Of a stretch of DNA of 32,000 bases, positions 17,103 through 24,021 are shown in pieces. The stretch is from Candidatus Harpocratesius repetitus (lineage in GTDB: Archaea; Asgardarchaeota; Lokiarchaeia; Sigyniarchaeales; Promethearchaeaceae). Location: the NCBI GenBank assembly GCA_021498095.1, contig JAIZWK010000001.1, forward strand, positions 4,170,001 through 4,202,000, read 5' to 3'. Positions within the stretch are counted from its first letter, which is position 1, and every line of letters starts with the position of its first letter. Below the pieces are notes generated by a model that saw only the letters and a list, made by a program, of their open reading frames with translations, was not told where the DNA came from and did not search any database. Made by a program: the position numbers and the translations under genes.

Positions 17103-18719
17103 ATGGTAGATTCAAATGATTCATATGAACAATTAAAAAAAAAATATTCATTTTTCTTTAGTAGACATTATTTACCCCTTCTTGAAGCGCCAAATCCTTA
17201 TCTTGAAGTGGATTATCCATTAGTGGAACAAGAAGAAGAACTATTTCGAGCGGGTTATGAGGCAAGTGGGCGAAAGACAGGGTATCGACAAAATTTAGAG
17301 ATAAAGGGCCCCATAAATAGTTATAGCTTTTTAAATAATTATCCTAAACTTAAACGGATTGAATTATCTGATTCATGTCTTACGAGCTTTGAAGGAATGC
17401 CTATTTTACCTGAGCTGCGTTACTTTCTTATGAATTGGAGTTGTATTCCAAATTTTGAACATTTTCCAGAATTGCCTAAGGTAGAAGTGCTATTAATCCA
17501 TACATTCATGCAATCTTTTGAACATATGCCCGTTTTTCCTCGATTGAAGCGGTTAGCAGTCAGTACAGAGTTAAAAAATTTTCACCATTTCCCATTACAA
17601 CCAGTTTTAGAAAAACTTATCGTAAGTACAAATAAGTTGGTTTCATTTGAAGGTATGCCTGTGCTTCCCCGGTTAAAAATGCTCGATGTGAGTGATAATT
17701 TTCTCACCTCTTTTAAAGAGTTGCCACCCCATCCAAATTTGAAAGAGTTAATAGTAAGTGCGACCATGCCATATATTGATACTAATGAACGTTCCTATCT
17801 TGAAGAGTGTTACCGGCAACGCAACAATCACATTTGTTCTTTTGAAGAATTTCCGATTTTTCCTCGTTTGGAAACAATCTGGGCAGAACGTATCGGCTTG
17901 GAGTCGTTTGCCGGTATGCCAAAGCTTCCTAAAGTCAAACGGTTATATTTGAAGGATAATTCCATTCGTTCTTTTGCAGAACTTCCTTCACTACCTGAAT
18001 TAGAATATATTGATCTGAGTAATAATAAAATTAAAACATTAGATGGGATGCCTCTGCTTCCAAATTTACGAAGTTTAACACTCTGCGGCAACCCGATAAA
18101 AAATGGTGCTGCTCTAAAAATATTAAAAGAAAAAGCACCTCGTCTTAATGACTTGGATTTACGCAATTCTCCGCTTGAGACCCTTGAAGATTTTCCCAAA
18201 CCTCCCCATTTAAATAGTCTTTGGCTTGAACATACTCAGATTAAATCATTGGCTCCGCTTTACGATTTCAAAGGATTAAATTATCTTTTTTTAAAGAATA
18301 CACCACTTCAGACATTAGCAGAGATGCCAATCATCTATAGAACACCAGATCATGGTGAAGTGATTGATATCGATCCGCTTGGAGAAGATTATTCTGTAAT
18401 AGAAGGTTGGAATTTAGATTTACCATGGGATTTTTTAAAAAATATCCCAGATTCTGTTTATCAATGGTATAAAAATAAGCAGTATGACAAATTTACAGCA
18501 TATTATCATGTAAAAACGTCAGAACTTATCGATAAAGCACAGCATGATAAATTAGATCCGCTTTACTATCCGCGAATTGTTCAAGAATCTTCTCCTGAAG
18601 TGCAGCATTTTCTAATTAAAAAACTTGGAAGACAACATTCATTAAGCAAGCTTTTAATTGAGAATTTGGTGAATTTAGAAGTTCCTATAAAGAATGGGGA
18701 TTTTTCAATCAAATTGTAA
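17103..18719 (+). CDS. Leucine-rich repeat protein (about 14 LRRs of ~22 aa) with a helical C-terminal domain
   Basis: Repeats such as LEYIDLSNNKIKTLDGMPLLPN and LKMLDVSDNFLTSFKELPPHPN. ATG at 17103 is preferred over GTG at 17091. Confidence 0.9.
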   Translation: MVDSNDSYEQLKKKYSFFFSRHYLPLLEAPNPYLEVDYPLVEQEEELFRAGYEASGRKTGYRQNLEIKGPINSYSFLNNYPKLKRIELSDSCLTSFEGMPILPELRYFLMNWSCIPNFEHFPELPKVEVLLIHTFMQSFEHMPVFPRLKRLAVSTELKNFHHFPLQPVLEKLIVSTNKLVSFEGMPVLPRLKMLDVSDNFLTSFKELPPHPNLKELIVSATMPYIDTNERSYLEECYRQRNNHICSFEEFPIFPRLETIWAERIGLESFAGMPKLPKVKRLYLKDNSIRSFAELPSLPELEYIDLSNNKIKTLDGMPLLPNLRSLTLCGNPIKNGAALKILKEKAPRLNDLDLRNSPLETLEDFPKPPHLNSLWLEHTQIKSLAPLYDFKGLNYLFLKNTPLQTLAEMPIIYRTPDHGEVIDIDPLGEDYSVIEGWNLDLPWDFLKNIPDSVYQWYKNKQYDKFTAYYHVKTSELIDKAQHDKLDPLYYPRIVQESSPEVQHFLIKKLGRQHSLSKLLIENLVNLEVPIKNGDFSIKL

Positions 18720-18829
18720 ATAAAAGTTCTTTAAAATGCTCATTTTAGCTAAATTATTTTTAAAAAGCATCAGTAGAGCCGAAAATGGCTTTCTAAGGTA
18801 GATAATACCAAATACGCAGATTGCGGTAA

Positions 18830-19546
18830 AAGAAAACCTTAAAATTTCATTCACTCACGAAGGGAATTTATCGTGCTTTGAAAATTCATAACTTTGTAGC
18901 ATGGCGGAAATTTATCCATCCTTCGATTGACAGGATCTATTTTGATAGAGAGTTGTACATCACCAAACTGGTTTCAGAATTAGAAAAAAAGGGGTAAAAA
19001 ATATATTTTTTCGACCAAAAAATTACACAAGTAAAATATAAAATGACTCAATATTTGCATGGACAGAAAGGATTTCTCTCAAAAATTGTTTTTGTTCAGT
19101 CAAATTAGTATTATCTGAAACAGACAAGCACTTTTGTGCGCTTTCTAATTATCGAAAAGAAAAATGAAATGTCTTGGAATATTAGAGACAAATTTCAAAA
19201 ACAACTATTGACAGAATCGGAAGCACTTAAAAAATTAGCAAGTTCTATCACAACATATAATCCGTGGAAATATCAAAAAACTTGGGTAAGGTACTTGATT
19301 CGAGAATACAAAAGACGCTGGAACATCAAAACTGGATTTTCAATGTTAAATTTCATCCATATCTCAAGCAGATCACGCATTTTTTAAGCAAAACTCGTAG
19401 ATATTTATGCAAGAGCAATTTTTTATAATTGGTGACAGTCTTGGAGGGTTTTTAGAATAAAAAAAGTATATCATCATAGAAATTGCACTCTAAATGAATT
19501 TAAATACTATGCTTCAGACCAGATCTGCAAAATTCTAAAAGACTAG
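18830..19546 (+). pseudogene. Degraded DDE transposase, IS4 superfamily (ISH3-like)
   Basis: Hand translation across stops and frameshifts: IDRIYFDRELYITKLVSELEKKG, then KYIFSTKK, YKRRWNIKTGF (Y..RW.IE motif with E->K), and IFYNW*QSWRVF...KILKD*. Confidence 0.7.
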
Positions 19547-19694
19547 AAATGGAAAGTAATAATTTTTAATAACGAATTTAAAGGATGGAATGAAAGTGAA
19601 GATAAATAAAAAATCTTAAAGGTGGAAATAAAGAAACAAAATATATTAAATACTTATTTAATCACAGAGAAGAAAGATGGCGCCCCGATCGGGA

Positions 19695-19722
19695 TTTCCG
19701 TTTCCATTGTTATAACAGAAAG
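19695..19722 (-). other. 28-nt tRNA intron at position 59/60 with canonical BHB motif
   Basis: Central helix TCCG/CGGA, 3-nt bulges AG^C and AA^T, flanking helices GGG/CCC and TTTC/GAAA. Confidence 0.88.
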
Positions 19723-19765
19723 CTCGGACCCGAGTCGAGGGAGTGACAGTCCCCCATGCTGACCG

Positions 19766-19790
19766 TTCTGCCCTTCTTCTCCAAGAAGGC
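19766..19790 (-). other. ~25-nt D-loop tRNA intron (15/16 or 16/17) with relaxed BHB-like motif
   Basis: Hairpin CCTTCTT-GGAG-AAGAAGG inserted between TAG and CGGTCA; the central helix is imperfect, so the splice point is uncertain by 1 nt. Confidence 0.75.
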
Positions 19791-20152
19791 CTACACTATC
19801 GGGGCAAAGTTGTTGTGATTAATTAGATTAACCAACTAAGAAAAGTAAAAGCGAGATGCTATTAAAAATTTTTGGTGGGTAATTTGAACAAAGAAATGTA
19901 AAAATTCTTTAATAATATTAAAAAATGTCAGAATTCAAAAAAAATCTCAAAATTAGGTAAAAAATTGAAGTAAATTTCAACTATTTTTTAAGGTAATAAA
20001 AATATAGTTTTAACATTTTAATATACAAAAATAATAATTGTATAGGAAAATGTGATGCAAAAAGTGAAACCTTATAGTAATAATCTATGATACAAAATAA
20101 ATAAACTTAATATAATAGAATAATAAACATTGTATGTATAGGATTTTGCGGG

Positions 20153-20785
20153 GTGGAATTTTTGAATAATAAATCGTATCAAAATTATGATTTTAAATCT
20201 TTAAAGCAAATTTTTCAAAGAAATTCTTGGTACATGACCCGCAAGAATTTACTTAAAACAGGTCTAAATAGATACGATCTTGAGAAATTGGTGCGAAATG
20301 AAGTAATAGCTAAAGTTACATCTAAGTTGTATAAATGGAAGAATATTAACTTTGGAGAATATGAAGATCTGATTGATATATCTGTTATAGAACCAAGAGG
20401 AGTATTTTGTCTTTATACTGCCATGGATTTTTATAAATTATCAACATTTGTCTCAGATAAATATTACCTGGCAATTCTCAGAACAGATTGGGTCCCAAAA
20501 GGTCTTGAGCAATATCCTGTTATAATAAAAAAGTGGATAAGAAGAACTTTTTCTTTAGGAATAGATCTTCAGAAAGTTGGGAAAAATACAATCAGAATTT
20601 ATAATCTTGAAAAAACGATATGTGATTGTGTCCGGTATCGGAATGAACTTGGCTTAAATACTTTGAAAGAGATTCTTACTTCATATCTTCAAAAAAAATC
20701 GAAAGATTTGCAAAAATTATATCTTTATGCTGAATTACTCGGTATATCTAAAATTCTTAATAATTATTTAGGAATGATTTTATAG
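20153..20785 (+). CDS. abiEi: Type IV toxin-antitoxin antitoxin, AbiEi family
   Basis: N-terminal wHTH; PRGVFCLYTAMDFY.LS; IRIYNLEKTICDCVRYR; KLYLYAELLG. Confidence 0.88.
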   Translation: MEFLNNKSYQNYDFKSLKQIFQRNSWYMTRKNLLKTGLNRYDLEKLVRNEVIAKVTSKLYKWKNINFGEYEDLIDISVIEPRGVFCLYTAMDFYKLSTFVSDKYYLAILRTDWVPKGLEQYPVIIKKWIRRTFSLGIDLQKVGKNTIRIYNLEKTICDCVRYRNELGLNTLKEILTSYLQKKSKDLQKLYLYAELLGISKILNNYLGMIL

Positions 20786-20790
20786 ATTAG

Positions 20791-21714
20791 GTGGTTAAGA
20801 TTACATCCAAAAAAGTTAAAGATTTAGGTGCTTCCATTCTTGCGCGATTAAAGAACCATGCGAAAGAAAATAAAATTCAACCTCGAATGATCTACTTAGC
20901 CTATATTTTTGAAAAATTCCTTTATCGGGTTGCAATTTCAAAATATAGATCAAAATTGGTATTAAAGGGAGGTGTTTTACTATATTGCGAAAATTGGAAT
21001 TTTAGACAAACAACAGATATTGACTTTTTAGGACTTTCACTTTCAAATAAGGTCTCTAATATAATTCAAATAATTCAAGAGATTTGCACAATTCCCTGTA
21101 ATGATCCTCTACAATTTTATGTAGATGATATCTCTATTCAAGAAAATATGATTGATGACAAATATAATGGATTTAAAATTACAATTCCTGTTTCACTTTC
21201 AACCTTAAAGGAAAAACTGAATATTGATATAGGTTTTGGTGATGTTATATATCCAAATCCAAGATCTTTAAATTATCCGATATTGTTCAAAAAAGAGAAT
21301 AAATCAATAATAATACAAGCATATACAATAGAATCATTCGTTGCAGAAAAAATTCATGCTATCTATTACTTAGGTGCCTTTTCATCAAGAATGAAAGATT
21401 TTTATGATTTATATTGTATTGCAGAGTATAAGACATTTGAATTGATGGATTTACTTGAAGCAATAAAATTAACATTTAAAAAAAGAGATACTAAAATACA
21501 AAGTAGAACTTTAGAGAATATTTTAGATGATGATATTTGGAATCAAAGATTTATTCAATATTGTAGAAAAAAACATATTACCATTATCCCATTTGAAGAT
21601 GTATCAGAAAGAATAAAAAAATGGCTTTTACCAATATTTAAATTAATCGAAGAAAATAAGCCAAACACAACTCTAACTTGGGATAACCATTTATTCTTAT
21701 GGAAGGCAAATTGA
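20791..21714 (+). CDS. abiEii: AbiEii-family nucleotidyltransferase toxin
   Basis: LVLKGGVLL, RQTTDIDF, IDIGFGD, AEKIHA, SRMKDFYDL; 5 nt downstream of abiEi. Confidence 0.92.
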   Translation: MVKITSKKVKDLGASILARLKNHAKENKIQPRMIYLAYIFEKFLYRVAISKYRSKLVLKGGVLLYCENWNFRQTTDIDFLGLSLSNKVSNIIQIIQEICTIPCNDPLQFYVDDISIQENMIDDKYNGFKITIPVSLSTLKEKLNIDIGFGDVIYPNPRSLNYPILFKKENKSIIIQAYTIESFVAEKIHAIYYLGAFSSRMKDFYDLYCIAEYKTFELMDLLEAIKLTFKKRDTKIQSRTLENILDDDIWNQRFIQYCRKKHITIIPFEDVSERIKKWLLPIFKLIEENKPNTTLTWDNHLFLWKAN

Positions 21715-21812
21715 TTTAATAAAATATTTTTACAACTATTCATGTATTAATCGATTTAAAAGTAATATGAATTTAAAAGGAAGATAATCTTATCGGGAAA
21801 TAGCGAAGTTCA

Positions 21813-22427
21813 ATGACACTAGCACTAACTGCAGAATATTTACATGAAGCCATAATGGGAGAGCAACATGCGATTGAAAAATATGAAAAATTTGCGATAA
21901 TAGCATATAAAGAGGGATTTCCGCATGTTGCGACATTATTCAAAGCCTTGGTTCAAGCTGAGCAAATTCATGTTAATAATCACAAAAATGCTCAAAAAAA
22001 CATAAATGATAAAACAGATAATCCTATCTCTGAAAATCAAGCACCCACAAACTTTGGTAACACGCGGATGAATGTCAAAAATGCAATAGAGTCAGAGTTG
22101 TATGAATATCGAAAAATGTATCCAAATTTTATAAAAAATTTGAAGAAAACATCACAAAAAAGTAAACAACGAGATTTAACAATACTCTCCATGAAATGGG
22201 CGCGCGAAGTTGAATTAACTCACGCAAAAGCCCTAAAAATTGCTTTGAAATATGTCATTCGTGGAGTAGATCTGGATATTAAAACGATTTGGGTATGTAA
22301 AGTCTGCGGAAATCTAGTTTTAAGTAAAATTCTGGAGCCTCCGAAGGAATTATGTCCAGTGTGCAGCCATGATCCATATTTTTATCAAAAAGTGGAAGAT
22401 TTTCAATTAATTGACAGTGATCAATAA
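21813..22427 (+). CDS. rbr: Rubrerythrin
   Basis: Di-iron ligands EAIMGE, AEQIH, AIESELYE, VELTH; rubredoxin-like WVCKVCG...CPVC. Confidence 0.9.
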   Translation: MTLALTAEYLHEAIMGEQHAIEKYEKFAIIAYKEGFPHVATLFKALVQAEQIHVNNHKNAQKNINDKTDNPISENQAPTNFGNTRMNVKNAIESELYEYRKMYPNFIKNLKKTSQKSKQRDLTILSMKWAREVELTHAKALKIALKYVIRGVDLDIKTIWVCKVCGNLVLSKILEPPKELCPVCSHDPYFYQKVEDFQLIDSDQ

Positions 22428-22486
22428 TTTAATGATCCAGGTTAGGAATATGATAAACAAAATACAAAATAGGATGAGTTAATAAC

Positions 22487-23200
22487 ATGAGTAAACCATA
22501 TCAAGACGAACTTCATTTAACTGGGGGAGAAATAATACGACAGGTTACTTTCGGCATGAATGATGGCGTTGTGTCCATTTTCGCCTTATTAGCGGGTGTT
22601 GCTGGAGCAGATCAGACTCCAAAAACGATTCTAATTACTCTTTTGGCAGCTACAATTGCAGGAGCTTTGAGCATGGCAGCGGGAGAATTTATAAGTGGAA
22701 AATCAGAAAGAGATTATTATAAACACGAAATTGCCCAAGAACGACTCGAAATTCACCTAACTCCAGAAATTGAGAAAGAAGAGATCAGATTAATTTATAA
22801 ACGGAAAGGTTTTAGGGGAGATTTATTAGATCAAATTGTAAATCAGATTATTCAAGATGAAGATCGATGGGTTCGTGAAATGGTAATTGAAGAATTAGGA
22901 GTTACTGATTTGGAACCTGAAAACCCTTTGAAAAATTCGATTGTTATATTTTTTGCTTTTATTTTGGGCGCGCTTTTCCCCGTTCTTCCCTATGCGATAT
23001 TTCAAACACTTCTTTCACCATCATCCATATTTTGGGTGGCGACTGCAATTACTTTTGGAGGCCTGTTTTTAGCTGGCGCTTTAAAGAAATTTGTTACAGG
23101 TGTCAACTGGTTTAAATCTGGAATTGAAATGCTTGCAGTGGGGTTGTTTGCATACGGAATATCTTATCTTTTAGGGACATTAGTAGGTGTAGCAATTTAA
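22487..23200 (+). CDS. VIT1/CCC1-family Fe/Mn transporter
   Basis: FGMNDGVVS, AGALSMAAGEFISGKSE, Glu-rich cytoplasmic metal-binding region, five TM segments. Confidence 0.93.
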   Translation: MSKPYQDELHLTGGEIIRQVTFGMNDGVVSIFALLAGVAGADQTPKTILITLLAATIAGALSMAAGEFISGKSERDYYKHEIAQERLEIHLTPEIEKEEIRLIYKRKGFRGDLLDQIVNQIIQDEDRWVREMVIEELGVTDLEPENPLKNSIVIFFAFILGALFPVLPYAIFQTLLSPSSIFWVATAITFGGLFLAGALKKFVTGVNWFKSGIEMLAVGLFAYGISYLLGTLVGVAI

Positions 23201-23354
23201 TATAACTTCAAGCTATTTGCGGAGAGATTTTCTATTTTTTTAGGACTCTTTTATATATTCAAAATTGTATAGGATAATATGGTACTTGATCAAATTTTAT
23301 TTACACTCGGTGCAATCACTAAACTAAGCGTGGTAATCGAATTCTTGGAGTAAT

Positions 23355-23990
23355 TCATCTAATTGATATTACATTAAATTTCTTGTCTATTAAAATAGAA
23401 GCTTCTTGTTTCAAAGCTTGAATTGCTTTATGCTCCTGTTCCAAGACTTTTAACCGAAATTCATCATGGGGTTCCTTTTCGCGCAAGATTTGAGCATCCT
23501 TAGTTTCTTGATATGTTATATCAATGAAAATTTTAACGTCTACATTTGCTTTCAAAGAATAAAGACCTTCTAAAATTAAAATATCAATTTCTTTAAAATC
23601 TGTTCGAAGAATATCAACTTGATCAGTCAATAAATCAACACATGGCATTTCAGAAATATTTTTGCTATGAAAATCGTTAATAACTTGCGTAATTTTTTGC
23701 CAATCATATTCTTCAATACCAATATGTTCAAGTGAGTGTTGTTGACGCCATTTAGTTCTTTGTTTTGGGGGAACTCGATAAAAATCATCAGTATGTATAA
23801 TTTTTGCATAAATATATTCGTGTTTTAAATATTTCGAAATCATATGAGAGACAACACTTTTACCTGAACCAGATTCTCCCCCAATTGCGAGAATAATCCT
23901 TTGGGAATGAGATTTAAGATCTAAAATTTCAATTATCTTTTTTGCAGCTATTCGATGTTTTTCATGAATAATTAAGATATCTTCTAACAT
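23355..23990 (-). CDS. P-loop kinase, uridine kinase-like fold
   Basis: ILAIGGESGSGKS, HTDDFY, LILEGLY, KIFIDI. ATG at 23990 is preferred over GTG at 23999. Confidence 0.8.
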   Translation of the reverse strand: MLEDILIIHEKHRIAAKKIIEILDLKSHSQRIILAIGGESGSGKSVVSHMISKYLKHEYIYAKIIHTDDFYRVPPKQRTKWRQQHSLEHIGIEEYDWQKITQVINDFHSKNISEMPCVDLLTDQVDILRTDFKEIDILILEGLYSLKANVDVKIFIDITYQETKDAQILREKEPHDEFRLKVLEQEHKAIQALKQEASILIDKKFNVISIR

Positions 23991-24021
23991 TATAATCACA
24001 TTTTTAATCTACATAAGAACA

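Larger units (their letters stand above)
15418..19718. mobile_element. Genomic island or integrative-element remnant at tRNA-Asp; 4204 bp between the direct repeats; no integrase
   Basis: Flanking 48/49-bp direct repeats; cargo is an orphan ORF, an LRR gene and a transposase pseudogene. Confidence 0.8.
19678..19805 (-). tRNA. tRNA-Asp(GTC) with two introns and encoded CCA
   Basis: Acceptor stem GCCCCGA/TCGGGGC, G73, CCA; D-stem GTGT/GCAT; anticodon arm GGGGA-CT-GTC-AC-TCCCT (anticodon 19745-19747); T-stem TCGGG/CCCGA. Confidence 0.93.

Noticed and set aside
16912-17151. 79-aa minus-strand ORF in the island
   Set aside because: Extremely AT-rich, low-complexity translation spanning the terminator and promoter region between two plus-strand genes.
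15653-18719. Orphan ORF plus LRR gene as a firm toxin-immunity pair
   Set aside because: They are separated by an oligo-T run and about 200 nt, and no toxin domain is confidently recognised; kept only as a weak hypothesis.
18771-18780. CAGT-starting sequence as the left terminal inverted repeat of the IS
   Set aside because: No matching inverted copy was found downstream of the transposase remnant.
19136-19387. 83-aa ORF as an independent gene
   Set aside because: It is one frame-segment of the degraded transposase.
19420-19440. In-frame TGA in the transposase remnant as selenocysteine
   Set aside because: The surrounding gene has several other stops and frameshifts and a mutated catalytic Glu; no SECIS was recognised.
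20030-20150. AbiEi operator inverted repeats upstream of abiEi
   Set aside because: Only short matches (TGTATAGGA twice, direct orientation) in very AT-rich DNA; no convincing long dyad.
23300-23350. Slightly GC-richer intergenic stretch with a TTCGATT-like motif as a second tRNA or ncRNA
   Set aside because: No acceptor stem, D-arm or anticodon arm can be folded.
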